A stretch of 64,000 nt of DNA from Alphaproteobacteria bacterium (GCA_963555825.3 CAUVXB020000002.1:2240001-2304000); one strand, 5' to 3'. Numbered from the stretch's first letter, positions 10,399-20,078 are shown. The notes: generated by a model from the sequence alone, not told the origin. Program-made: numbers and translations.

Positions 10399-11600
10399 TA
10401 TTTGTGTCCCCCATAGGGGTCTGCCGCGTCGCGCAGCCCGTCGCCGACGAAAACAAAAGCCATGACCAGCGCCATGAAGAAAATCACCGGAATGAAGTAC
10501 CAGTGGTAGTTCAACAGGACATCCGCCCTGGTGACGTTCTGCAGCATCACGCCTAAGGAGTTGACCGGGTCCTTGAGGCCCAGGCCAATGAAGCTGAGCG
10601 CTGTTTCGCTGAGCACCATGTAGGGGAACGAAATCACCAGATCGACGATGATATAGCTGGTGAAACTGGGCAGCAAATGCTTGCGGATGACATGGCCGGG
10701 CGAGGCGCCGCAAAGCTTCGCCGCCAAGACGTAATCCTGCGAACGCTCGGTCAACAGATGCGTGCGCACGCGCCGGGCCAGGGTCGGCCAGCCGATCAAT
10801 CCCAATATGATGGAGATAAAGAGGAAGCGGAGTTCGGCGCTCCATTCATCCGGTACAAACGCCGCCAGGGCCATGAACAAAGGAATTGCCGGTATGGTTC
10901 GGACCGCATCGGTAATCATTTGCAGGACGCCATCCAACCAGCCACCGTAATAGCCCGACACGCCGCCAATCACCAGGGCCAGAATGAAGCCGATGAAAAC
11001 GCCGATGGTTCCCACCGCCAGCGATGTGTAAATGGCGTGCAGTGTCCGGGAAAAGACGTCCTTGCCGGGGCCGTCGGTGCCGAATAAATGGATTTGGCCT
11101 TGATCGACGCCAAACAGATGCGTGGTCGATTCGAGCACTTGGATATTGATGTCGAAAGCGTCACCCGGCAAATCCAGGTGTAGATCCATCAAGTGGTATT
11201 CCCAGCCCGAAACGAACAGCTCCACGTAGCGGCGTTTATCCTTGTCGACCTTGCTGACCCAGCGGAAATTGGTCGCCGCGGACCGCTCCCGACCATAGGT
11301 ATAAATAAACGGCCGCAATGAAAAACCATTGTCATCCCAAAAATAGGGTATTTGCGGGGCGCCGTTCTGGTACTCCTTATCCCGCCCCGCGATGGTCGGG
11401 TCATAGGGCGACAGGAACGGCGCGAATATGCCCATGCCGACCAAGGCTAACAGAACGACCCCTCCCACCATGGCGGATCGGTTTTTCCTGAAGCGGGCCC
11501 AGATCAATTGCAGTTGACCGGCGGTAAAATAGGCTTCCTTGCGTTTTTGTTCCGCCAGGGCGGCTTTGTCCGACAATGCGGTGCTAGCTGTATCAGTCAT
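10398..11600 (-). CDS. ABC transporter permease (OppC-like)
   Basis: HLFGTDGPGKDVFSR, EAA-loop-like YVLAAKLCGAS, GDGLRDAADP. Confidence 0.92.
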   Translation of the reverse strand: MTDTASTALSDKAALAEQKRKEAYFTAGQLQLIWARFRKNRSAMVGGVVLLALVGMGIFAPFLSPYDPTIAGRDKEYQNGAPQIPYFWDDNGFSLRPFIYTYGRERSAATNFRWVSKVDKDKRRYVELFVSGWEYHLMDLHLDLPGDAFDINIQVLESTTHLFGVDQGQIHLFGTDGPGKDVFSRTLHAIYTSLAVGTIGVFIGFILALVIGGVSGYYGGWLDGVLQMITDAVRTIPAIPLFMALAAFVPDEWSAELRFLFISIILGLIGWPTLARRVRTHLLTERSQDYVLAAKLCGASPGHVIRKHLLPSFTSYIIVDLVISFPYMVLSETALSFIGLGLKDPVNSLGVMLQNVTRADVLLNYHWYFIPVIFFMALVMAFVFVGDGLRDAADPYGGHK

Positions 11601-11604
11601 GATG

Positions 11605-12618
11605 TCACCCCCCACCCATGACACTTTTCCAGATTCGGGGATCGATTAGGGCCAGGAGAATATCGGTTATGAAGTTCAGGGTGACGATCGTAGCCGTGAG
11701 CATGAAAATGATGGCGCCCGCGAGCTGTTGGTCATTGGAGCGCGCCAGGGCCTCGATCAGCAGCGCACCCGATTCAGTCAGCACCAGAATCAAGGCGACG
11801 ATGGGGAGCTCGTTGAACACCCGGTTCAGATCGAACCCCAAGGAATTGATGATCGGCGCCAGGGCGTGACGCGCCGGATACCGCATCAACAATTGCCTTC
11901 CGGAAACGCCGCGGGCCGTGGCCGCGGTGACGTAGAGTTTTCCATTTTCGTCGGCCATCAAGGCCCGCACGGTTTGAAGCGCGAAGGCCGTGGCCGACCA
12001 GCCGAGAATAAAGACCGGCAACCAGGCCCGCGACAGGAAATCCCTGACCCGCGCCCAGGACCAGGCGGCGTCTCTGAATTCCTTGCTGAATAACCCCGTC
12101 AGGCTGTCGCCGAAGAGAATGGTGGAAGCCAGCATGATCATCAGCGCCAACAGGAAATTGGGCATCGCCAATCCCATATAGCTGACAAAACGAATCGAGT
12201 TATTGAGATAGGGGTTGCTCGACGACGCCGACATTATTCCGGCCGGTATGGCAATGGCGTAGGCGAGGATCAGGGCCGTCAGGCAAATAGCCAGAGAAAG
12301 CAGGAACTTTTGCCCAAGCAGCTGGTTAATGTTGACACGAAGGATGCAGCTATCACCGAAATCGCCTTTGAAAAAGACGTTCCCGACCCATCCGGCCCAA
12401 CGAATGACATAAGGTCTGTCGAGGCCCAGCCGGCGTTCTTCAGCGGCAATATCTTCTTCACTGATTTGCCCGCCCTGAAAGCTCTTATAGGAAAGGTAAC
12501 GTTCCGCGCAATTCGCGGGAACCATCTCCATCAATGTGAAAACAATAAACGATACAGTCAACAACGTGACGATGGCCAAAAAAGCTCTTGTGAGGACAAA
12601 TCGGCCAAATTGAAGCAT
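11605..12618 (-). CDS. ABC transporter permease (OppB-like)
   Basis: LGLDRPYVIRW, GDFGDS, YVTAATARG, DILLALIDPRI. Confidence 0.92.
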   Translation of the reverse strand: MLQFGRFVLTRAFLAIVTLLTVSFIVFTLMEMVPANCAERYLSYKSFQGGQISEEDIAAEERRLGLDRPYVIRWAGWVGNVFFKGDFGDSCILRVNINQLLGQKFLLSLAICLTALILAYAIAIPAGIMSASSSNPYLNNSIRFVSYMGLAMPNFLLALMIMLASTILFGDSLTGLFSKEFRDAAWSWARVRDFLSRAWLPVFILGWSATAFALQTVRALMADENGKLYVTAATARGVSGRQLLMRYPARHALAPIINSLGFDLNRVFNELPIVALILVLTESGALLIEALARSNDQQLAGAIIFMLTATIVTLNFITDILLALIDPRIWKSVMGGG

Positions 12619-12687
12619 CGAACTAATTCCCCCAAACCGGCTTTCTTAGAAAGACATCGAGCCTCTGAATTCAAGAAGTGGAAATCA

Positions 12688-12712
12688 TGCCGGGCGTCGG
12701 CGACGCCCGGCA
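12688..12712 (-). terminator. Intercistronic stem-loop after the substrate-binding gene (mRNA stabiliser or attenuator)
   Basis: tgccgggcgtcg-g-cgacgcccggca inverted repeat. Confidence 0.6.
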
Positions 12713-12733
12713 CAAATTTCAGATGACTAGCTT

Positions 12734-14818
12734 CTATTCGTCGAGATACCACTGAGCAGCCCTATAGGGATAAGTCCGGTAGAACTCATAGGACGCTGTC
12801 TTGAAGGTTGGGAAGTTTTTCAGCGCATTGCGGTGATAAACCGGCCCTGGAGCCAGAATAATTCCGAAATACACCAAGTTCTCAGCCATGTTCGAAACCA
12901 GTTTATTGACAGCGGCATTTGATTCAGGCGTACCGGCAACCGCTGCCTGTAATGCGTTGATGCCGTCTCTCAGGTTATCAACGAATTGTGGAGGCTTGAG
13001 GCCACTTGCGCCATCACTGTCGATGTACTGTTTCCATAATTGGCCGTTAGTCACTCCGAAATAGGTGCCAAAAGGAGCCAGGAACTTATCGTTATTACCC
13101 AGATGAATCGCAAGTGGTTGAGCAGTTGTCCACGATTGCACATCCAGTTCATTTGCCGTTTGAGCTGAACGATACTCATCCGGTGTAACTTCCTTGAAGA
13201 TGGTTTTGATGCCAACATTATTCCAGTGCTGGGCGATCAGTTCGACAACAGCCGAAGGCATACCCTGTGTCGCATATTGAATATTCACGACCAGTTTGCT
13301 GCCATCGAGAAGATCACGGAAGCCGTCACCGTCTTTGTCAACGACCCCGATTTCATCAAGCAGGTTTTTGGCTTGAGCCATATCATGCTTGATTAAGTAA
13401 TTCTGCCACTTGGGATCTACAAAATCCGGGACAGGACTAAAGCCGGTATACTGTACCGGTGTACCAAGACCGTAGTACGCAACTTCGTTAATTTCGTCAC
13501 GGTTCATCGCTACGGACATCGCCTGACGGAATTTGATGTTACTGAAAACCTTACGTTTTTCTTCATCAGCGGACGTTACGTTGATGCCGATGACTGGCGA
13601 TGAAATTGGCGGTATCAGCTCGATCGTGTAGCCACCCTTTTCCTGGTTGTCCATAAGAATAGGAGCATCAGGCAGCATTAATGACTGGTACTTATAGTCA
13701 TACTCACCATTGATCGCTTTCAGGATACGAACTTCGTTATCGTTGATGTAGACTTCGTCCTGCTCGTTCATGTACGGCAATTGATTGCCCGCCGTATCAA
13801 CCATATGGAAGTATGGATTGGCCACATAGTGCCGCCCTTCCGTGGTGTCGGCTATGGTAATGTAGGATTCCAGCGATGGCTGGATATTTGCCGGCAACTT
13901 CGACAGCTTGGAAGGAGTCCTGAGCATCGGTGACGGCACATCGGTCCAATCGGATGAGCCGTAATAGAGCAGCAGCAGCTCATAACCAGACTCGAATCCA
14001 GCGGCTTTTGCAACTTTGTCTGCATCTGGATTGATGTCCGGATGGAACTGTCCCAGGAAATGCTTAGGCTGGAAAGCCTGAGCATAATGGCCGGCAAAAT
14101 GCGACAACATTCCGGGATAGGGCACCTCTGTCGTAAAGCGTACGGTTTGCGGGTCGAGGGCTTCGACTTTCCAGGGTTTGTCACCGGCGAGCATGAAGCT
14201 TTTTGGTTTTTCAAAGATGTTCGTATCCATGTTCAGGTTGTGATACCAGAACACAACATCATCGGCTGTGAACGGCGCGCCATCAGACCATTTATGGCCT
14301 TTACGAAGTTTGAAGGTTAACTGCGTAAAATCATCGTTCCACGACCAACTCTTGGCGATGTTTGGTACGACGGTCGTCAGATCGTCGGAGAAGCGCACCA
14401 GGTTCACATGACGCGTGGACAGCAAATCGGACGTGCCGGCTTCGGTATTATTCGAAATCATATCGAAAACACCGCCGTATTTTCCGATTGCGTCATAGGG
14501 TGCGACGACCAACGGTTCATCCGGCAGGCGCTCGGCCACCGGCGGCAACGATGACGGGTTGCCGACGATGCGCCCGTTCAGCGCGCCGATGTCTGGATTT
14601 TCCGAAAATGTCAGTGTGCAGTTCGCCAGCTTCTCGAACTCCGCCAGATCGAACTGCTGCGGATATTCTCCGGCGGAAACTCCCATGTTGTCGGCCACGG
14701 TGATAGCCGGGCACGCGGCCGCGTGCGCCGCCGGCATCGGAGCGGTGAAGACGAGCAAGGCGCCAGTCATCAGCGCCGCCGTCGATAGTCCTAGGATACG
14801 TGATGTCGGTATAGTCAA
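12734..14818 (-). CDS. Family 5 extracellular solute-binding protein
   Basis: Signal peptide; LPPVAERLP; FKLRKGHKWSDGAPFTADDV; ANPYFHMVDTAGNQLPY; TTG start preceded by GGGAG. Confidence 0.9.
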   Translation of the reverse strand: MTIPTSRILGLSTAALMTGALLVFTAPMPAAHAAACPAITVADNMGVSAGEYPQQFDLAEFEKLANCTLTFSENPDIGALNGRIVGNPSSLPPVAERLPDEPLVVAPYDAIGKYGGVFDMISNNTEAGTSDLLSTRHVNLVRFSDDLTTVVPNIAKSWSWNDDFTQLTFKLRKGHKWSDGAPFTADDVVFWYHNLNMDTNIFEKPKSFMLAGDKPWKVEALDPQTVRFTTEVPYPGMLSHFAGHYAQAFQPKHFLGQFHPDINPDADKVAKAAGFESGYELLLLYYGSSDWTDVPSPMLRTPSKLSKLPANIQPSLESYITIADTTEGRHYVANPYFHMVDTAGNQLPYMNEQDEVYINDNEVRILKAINGEYDYKYQSLMLPDAPILMDNQEKGGYTIELIPPISSPVIGINVTSADEEKRKVFSNIKFRQAMSVAMNRDEINEVAYYGLGTPVQYTGFSPVPDFVDPKWQNYLIKHDMAQAKNLLDEIGVVDKDGDGFRDLLDGSKLVVNIQYATQGMPSAVVELIAQHWNNVGIKTIFKEVTPDEYRSAQTANELDVQSWTTAQPLAIHLGNNDKFLAPFGTYFGVTNGQLWKQYIDSDGASGLKPPQFVDNLRDGINALQAAVAGTPESNAAVNKLVSNMAENLVYFGIILAPGPVYHRNALKNFPTFKTASYEFYRTYPYRAAQWYLDE

Positions 14819-15039
14819 GGCGATTCTCCCTTATCTGACAATTGTTGGGCGATGCGAACACGCTTCGCCCATAGTTTCTATGGCCTTGTCAAAGCTTAAT
14901 TGTGCGTGGCGGCCCTGATCAGTTCCCTGCGCGACGGCTTGATTTTGTTCCACCGTCTTGAATTGCTACATCAAGCAATGATCGATTTGTTTCTGTCTGT
15001 CAAGCGCCCAGGCCGGTTCATATTACCCTGTGTCTTCGA

Positions 15040-15260
15040 CGGTGCGCCAAGGGTATCGCGCGCCCCGCGATTGGCCGGGAACCCGGCGTCGGAGGCGATC
15101 GTGCCGCCGCTGAATTCCAGCTTCGGGCGGCGCTCGATATCGGATCGCGGCCCGAGCTGTCTGGATGCACCCACCAGTGACCCGTCCGCGGCCCGTTGCG
15201 GCGACGATATTGCGTTGATTCCAAACGCACAACCACACCTGTCCATGGTTGGAATTCCGG
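15040..15260 (-). mobile_element. Degenerate IS1380 left-end remnant
   Basis: RRPKLEFSGGTIASDAG resembles RRLKLEFHGSKITSDAG of the IS1380 at 34851-35525; end CCCGGAATTCC next to CTAG. Confidence 0.65.
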
Positions 15261-15303
15261 GCTAGGGTGCCGCGTGGCTGATGTCGGTGGGAGAATCAAT
15301 GTC

Positions 15304-16272
15304 ATGAAGGTCGTTGTCGCGTTCCCGCTTCACGCCGACGCCTTGGCGCTGCTCGATCGTCGTTCCGACGTCGATTATGTCGCCTTGGGCCGCGCGGGCG
15401 CCGACGAGATCGACGCGCGCCTCGCCGACACCGACGGCATCGTCCTCGGCGTGACGCCGTTCGGCGCCGAGGTCGTTGGCCGGGCCGCGCGGTTGCGCGT
15501 CGTCTCGCGCTTCGGCGTCGGCTACGACAACGTCGACGTCGCGGCGCTCACCGCGCGCGGCATACCGCTCACCATCGTCGGCGATGCCAACTCGACCTCG
15601 GTCGCCGAGCAGACCTTCGCCTTGATGCTCGCGGCGGCGCGGCGGACCCGCGTCTGTGACGCCCATGTCCGCGGCGGCGGCTGGCGCGATGCCGTCACCG
15701 AGGGGCAGATCGAACTCGCCGGGCGGACCGTGCTCGTCGTCGGTTTCGGGCGCATCGGTCGACGGGTGGCGCGACGCTGCGCCGCCTTCGAGATGCGCGT
15801 CGTGGTCGCCGATCCCTATGTCGAGCGTGAACTGATCGAGGCCGAGGGCCACGACTATGTCGCCGATCTCCGCGCGGCGCTGGCCGACGCCGACATCGTG
15901 AGCCTGCACATGCCGGCGCACGCCGACGGGCATGCCGAGTTCGGCATCGAGGAATTCGCCGCCATGAAGCCGGGCGTCCTGTTCGTCAACACTGCCCGCG
16001 GCACGCTGGTCGACGAGGCGGCGCTCGCCCGGGCGCTGACCGATGGCCGCGTGCGCGCCGCCGGGCTCGACGTCCTGCGTGACGAGCCGCCGGCGCCCGA
16101 CAATCCCCTGCTCGGGTTCGACAACGTGGTCTTGAGTCCCCATTGCTCCGCGTTTACCGCCGAATCGTTCCGCCGCATGAGCATGGCGGCGGTGCACAAC
16201 GTGCTCGACGCATTCGACGGTTGCCTGGCGCCCGAGATGGTCGTCAACGCGGCGGTTCTCGATGCGCATTGA
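15304..16272 (+). CDS. D-isomer 2-hydroxyacid dehydrogenase (SerA-like)
   Basis: GVGYDNVD, GFGRIG, NTARG, GLDV..EP, SPHCS. Confidence 0.9.
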   Translation: MKVVVAFPLHADALALLDRRSDVDYVALGRAGADEIDARLADTDGIVLGVTPFGAEVVGRAARLRVVSRFGVGYDNVDVAALTARGIPLTIVGDANSTSVAEQTFALMLAAARRTRVCDAHVRGGGWRDAVTEGQIELAGRTVLVVGFGRIGRRVARRCAAFEMRVVVADPYVERELIEAEGHDYVADLRAALADADIVSLHMPAHADGHAEFGIEEFAAMKPGVLFVNTARGTLVDEAALARALTDGRVRAAGLDVLRDEPPAPDNPLLGFDNVVLSPHCSAFTAESFRRMSMAAVHNVLDAFDGCLAPEMVVNAAVLDAH

Positions 16273-17347
16273 CAGCGTCGACCTCGAACGCCTGACCGGC
16301 GCCATCTTCGCCGCCGCCGGCTGCTCGGCGGCCGAGGCTGCGCGCATCGGCGAGCGTCTGGTCAAGGCGAACCTTGCGGGACACGACAGCCACGGCGTCA
16401 TCCGCGTGCCGCGTTACGTCAAGATGATGCGCGACGAGGAAGTGTTCGCCGATCGACGGATCTCGGTGGTCACCGAGAACGATGCCTTGGCGGTGGTCGA
16501 CGGCAATCTCGGATTCGGCCAGACCGTCGGGCCGCAGGCCGTCGAACTCGGCATCGCCAAGGCGGCCCGCAACGGCGTCGCGGTCATCGCGCTGCGTCGC
16601 GCCGGGCATCTCGGCTGCATCGGGGACTGGGCCGAGATGGCGGCCGACGCCGGTCTGATATCGCTCCATTTGGTGAACGTCTCGGGCAGTCTCCTGGTCG
16701 CGCCGTTCGGCGCCGTCGAGCGACGACTCGGGACCAACCCCATCGCGATCGGCGTGCCGCGTCCCGGCGAGCCCCACCTGATCCTCGACTTCGCCACCTC
16801 GGTGGTCGCCGAGGGCAAGGTGCTGGTCGCCTTGGGCGGCGGCAAGGCGTTGCCCGAGGGCAGCCTGATCGACGACGACGCGACGCTGACGACCGACCCG
16901 AGCATCTTCTATGGCTATGCCACGCCCGGCGGCGCGCCAAGCGCGCGGCTCGGTCACGGCGCGATCCGGGCGATGGCCGAGCACAAGGGCTCGGGCCTCT
17001 CGCTGATGTGCGAGCTGCTCGCCGGCGCACTCACCGGCTCGGGCTGCGCCGGGTCGGGCAAAGCCCATGTCTTCAACGGCATGCTGTCCATCTATCTCGA
17101 CGCCGCGACCTTCGACTCAGCCGACTATTTCGCCGACGAGGTGCGACGCTACCTGGACTTCTTCCAGAGCGCGAAGCCAACCGAGGCGGGCGGCGAAGTG
17201 CTGCTGCCGGGCGACGTCGAGCGGCGCAACCGCGCGGCCCGTCTGGCGCAAGGCATTCCGCTGACCGACGACGCCTGGCGCGCGCTCGTCGAGACCGCTC
17301 GCGCGGTCGGCGTCGCCGCGCAAGACATCGTCGCACCGCACTCCTGA
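16262..17347 (+). CDS. Ldh_2 family (malate/lactate/ureidoglycolate) oxidoreductase
   Basis: GHDSHGVIR, GTNPIAIG, LDFATS, HKGSGL. Confidence 0.9.
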   Translation: MRIDSVDLERLTGAIFAAAGCSAAEAARIGERLVKANLAGHDSHGVIRVPRYVKMMRDEEVFADRRISVVTENDALAVVDGNLGFGQTVGPQAVELGIAKAARNGVAVIALRRAGHLGCIGDWAEMAADAGLISLHLVNVSGSLLVAPFGAVERRLGTNPIAIGVPRPGEPHLILDFATSVVAEGKVLVALGGGKALPEGSLIDDDATLTTDPSIFYGYATPGGAPSARLGHGAIRAMAEHKGSGLSLMCELLAGALTGSGCAGSGKAHVFNGMLSIYLDAATFDSADYFADEVRRYLDFFQSAKPTEAGGEVLLPGDVERRNRAARLAQGIPLTDDAWRALVETARAVGVAAQDIVAPHS

Positions 17348-17358
17348 TCTGCAATCTA

Positions 17359-17533
17359 CCAGCCCGCGCCAATGTTGATTCCAACGAGAGGGGGACCGCC
17401 GACCGTTCGGCCAATCCTTGTGGGATAAAGAATGGCCTTGTGGGATAAAGAATGGCCTTGTGGGATATAGATTGTCATGCGCGGCGATTGAGCGCAGGTC
17501 AGATTTATGCGAGTCAAAGGTGGCCGGACAATG
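17359..17533 (+). repeat. Dispersed intergenic repeat, copy 2, with an internal 20-bp tandem triplication
   Basis: Homologous to 4003-4135; ccttgtgggataaagaatgg at 17416 and 17436, degenerate third copy at 17456. Confidence 0.85.
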
Positions 17534-17535
17534 AT

Positions 17536-18243
17536 CTATTCGACCGTCGCCGACTCGGCGAACGCGCGCTTGAGCGCCTCGATATCGAAGTCGGGACGCG
17601 CGCAGGCATCCAGGATCACCTTCTCGCGCCGGGTCATGAGATCGACCGCCGCGGGCAGCGCGCGCGCCACGGCCTGAGGCACGACCACCGCGCCGTGGCG
17701 GTCGGCGTGGATGAGATCGCCGTGGCGCACGCTCATGCCGTAAACGTCGACCGCGCCGCCGAAATCGACGACGTGGACATGGGCGTGACTGGGGCCGACT
17801 TCGCCGGCCAGCAGTTGGAAACCGGGCGCCAGCATATCCAGATCGCGGATCGAGCCGTTGGTGACGCAGCCCAGGCAGCCGCGCGCCTTATGCACAGTGG
17901 TGTTGACCTCGCCCCACCAGGCGCCGAAGCCGGGACGCGGATCGATGTCCTGGATCACCATCACCGTCGGCCCCGGGCCTTGCGCTACGTATTCGTAGTA
18001 GGCGCCGCGCCGGGCGCGCATTTCATCGGCTGTGAGCGCGGACGGCGCGGCGGCGCGGATCGTCGCCGTGCGGGCATAGCCGACGATCGGCGGCAGCGCC
18101 GGATCGGCGCAAACCAATGGCTCGGTGGTGAAGCCCGTGGCGCGCCGCTCGGGCGCGACCAGTTCGAGCGCGTTGCAGATCGTCGGCGTGTCGACGGCCC
18201 CGAGCGCATCCCGCTCGTCCTGTGTCAACTCATTCCGGGTCAT
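17536..18243 (-). CDS. RraA / HMG-aldolase family protein
   Basis: DTPTICNALE, VGYARTA, WGEV, TNGSIRD, GDLIHADRHG. Confidence 0.88.
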   Translation of the reverse strand: MTRNELTQDERDALGAVDTPTICNALELVAPERRATGFTTEPLVCADPALPPIVGYARTATIRAAAPSALTADEMRARRGAYYEYVAQGPGPTVMVIQDIDPRPGFGAWWGEVNTTVHKARGCLGCVTNGSIRDLDMLAPGFQLLAGEVGPSHAHVHVVDFGGAVDVYGMSVRHGDLIHADRHGAVVVPQAVARALPAAVDLMTRREKVILDACARPDFDIEALKRAFAESATVE

Positions 18244-18398
18244 GGTGATCGTCTCCTCGTTCGGCGCCGCCCCCGCGCGGCACGATCACGAGCAGAACAT
18301 CGCCGCCCGGCAGCGTCAACGCCGGCGCAGGGGCGCTCGGCCGATCGCCTTCGAGGCGCGTCAGCGCCTCGTCGATCATCGATGGTTGGGGTGTTCGA

Positions 18399-18563
18399 CT
18401 AGACCAGCGCCCACATGGGCCAAGAGAAGCCGTATGCGAGCGCTTGCGGTGCGAGCGAGCTGAAGCTCCAATCGCTCCAAAATTCCATTGCAAAACGCGT
18501 CGTGAAGAAGAGCGAGACGAGCGTGTAGACGGTGCAAACGCCCAACTGGACTTTCACGAACAT
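18399..18563 (-). CDS. Small (54 aa) hydrophobic hypothetical membrane protein
   Basis: ATG preceded by AAAGGA; MFVKVQLGVCTVYTLVSLFFTTRFAMEFWSDWSFSSLAPQALAYGFSWPMWALV; lies directly below a riboswitch. Confidence 0.65.
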   Translation of the reverse strand: MFVKVQLGVCTVYTLVSLFFTTRFAMEFWSDWSFSSLAPQALAYGFSWPMWALV

Positions 18564-18569
18564 CTTCGT

Positions 18570-18657
18570 TCCTTTCGGTGGCCCCGCCGCCTGGCCGAGT
18601 GACCAGGCCGGAAGCTTTGCGTCCCACCTTCGCAGGTGGTTTGCCGGTTCGAGGAAA
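18570..18657 (-). ncRNA. c-di-GMP-I (GEMM) riboswitch
   Basis: Minus strand reads GGCAAACCACCTGCGAAGGTGGGACGCAAAGCTTCCGGCCT...GGCGGCGGGGCCACCGA, collinear with the V. cholerae Vc2-type consensus GGCAAACC...GGGACGCAAAGCCTCCGGCCT...GCGGGGTTACCGA. Confidence 0.88.
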
Positions 18658-18707
18658 CCAGGAAGTGCCCTCTCCCGTGCTCGGGGCCTTCCTCTAGAAT
18701 CACAACA

Positions 18708-18736
18708 AGCATACCGCGGATAAGCCGGCTGGTCAG
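18708..18736 (-). promoter_or_regulatory. Sigma70-like promoter for the riboswitch transcript
   Basis: CTGACC-17 bp-TATGCT on the minus strand. Confidence 0.5.
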
Positions 18737-18829
18737 TGACCGGCGTCACCTCCCGGGCGTTCAGCGGTAACCGGCTCCGCGGCGTCGCGATCGGCGCGAC
18801 ATTCACCGACAGCGCCACGTCGGGCGACG

Positions 18830-18946
18830 GCAAAAAAGGAGCCCGCCAAAGAATGGCGGGCCCGATGGGTGTGGGTAATATGGCTCAGCGCCCCGTTTTG
18901 CTGCGTATGCTGTGGGTTGCGTATTACGGCTCGGGGCGTTGCGCGG
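18830..18946 (-). ncRNA. Candidate small RNA ending in an intrinsic terminator
   Basis: TGcTAATGT extended -10 just upstream; cgccccg/cggggcg stem; gcccgcca-ttctt-tggcgggc hairpin followed by a T-run. Confidence 0.4.
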
Positions 18947-19068
18947 AAAGAACATTAGCAGCGTCTTCGGCGCCGCGTAACTAGGGTTGATTCCTAGGTT
19001 TGCGGCGCATCGGTGATGTGCCGTATTGTGCCCGCCGGGCCGAACCATCGACAAGAGGAGACCGACCG

Positions 19069-20037
19069 ATGACCGTGATCGCCATACAGGGCGCGTCGGC
19101 CGCTGGCGACGTGCCGGGTCTCGAGGCGCTGGCCGGCGAGGCCGAGCTGCGTTTCGCGCCGGACACCGAAACACTGCGCCAGGCGCTCGACGGCGCCGAG
19201 GTATTGCTCGGCTGGACGTTCAACGCCGAAAACCTGCGCGAGGCCTGGGATTGCACCGGCGCACTGCGCTGGATCCACTGGGCGGGCGCCGGCGTCGACG
19301 CCCTGATGTTCGCCGATCTCGTGAAGAGCGACGTCGTGCTGACCAACACGCGCGGCGTCTACGACCGCGCCATGGCGGAATACGTGCTCGGCCTGATCAT
19401 CGCCTTCGCCAAGCGCTTCCCCGAATCGTTGACGGCGCAGGCCGAGCGCCGCTGGCAGCACAAGTTCAGCGAACGGATCGACGGCAAGCACGCGTTGATC
19501 GTCGGCGCCGGCAGCATCGGCCGCGAGATCGCGCGGCTGTTGCGCGCCGCCGGCATGACGGTCGCCGGCGTCGGCCGCTCGGCGCGCGCCGGCGACCCCG
19601 ACTTCGGCACCGTTCACGGCTACGACGATCTGAACGACGTGCTCGGCGCCGCCGATTACGTGATCGCCATCCTGCCGCTGACCGAGGCGACGCGCGACGC
19701 CTTCGGCGCCGCCCAGTTCGCCGCCATGAAGCCGACCGCGCGCTTAATCAACATGGGCCGCGGCCCATCGGTCGACGAGGCGGCGCTCAACGCGGCGCTC
19801 GAGGCGGGCGAGATCGCCGGCGCCGGGCTCGACGTCTTCGTCACCGAGCCGCTGCCCGCCGAAAGCCCGCTGTGGACGCGGCCCGACGTCATCGTCTCGC
19901 CGCACATGTCGGGCGACTATTATGGTTGGGACAGTGACGTCGCCGCGCTGTTCATCGACAACTTCCGCCGCTATCGCGCCGGCGAGCCGCTGCGCAACAT
20001 GATCGACAAGCAACACGGCTTCGCGGCCGCGGGCTAG
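19069..20037 (+). CDS. D-2-hydroxyacid dehydrogenase (DDH-like)
   Basis: AGAGVD, GAGSIG, NMGRG, GLDVFVTEPLP, SPHMSG; AGAGGAG RBS. Confidence 0.9.
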   Translation: MTVIAIQGASAAGDVPGLEALAGEAELRFAPDTETLRQALDGAEVLLGWTFNAENLREAWDCTGALRWIHWAGAGVDALMFADLVKSDVVLTNTRGVYDRAMAEYVLGLIIAFAKRFPESLTAQAERRWQHKFSERIDGKHALIVGAGSIGREIARLLRAAGMTVAGVGRSARAGDPDFGTVHGYDDLNDVLGAADYVIAILPLTEATRDAFGAAQFAAMKPTARLINMGRGPSVDEAALNAALEAGEIAGAGLDVFVTEPLPAESPLWTRPDVIVSPHMSGDYYGWDSDVAALFIDNFRRYRAGEPLRNMIDKQHGFAAAG

Positions 20038-20078
20038 CCCAGGCTCGTACCAAGGATCAGATCACGGGCGCGCCGACG

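Noticed and set aside
17416-17475. Possible mini CRISPR array
   Set aside because: Units are directly adjacent with no spacers, and there are no cas genes in the window
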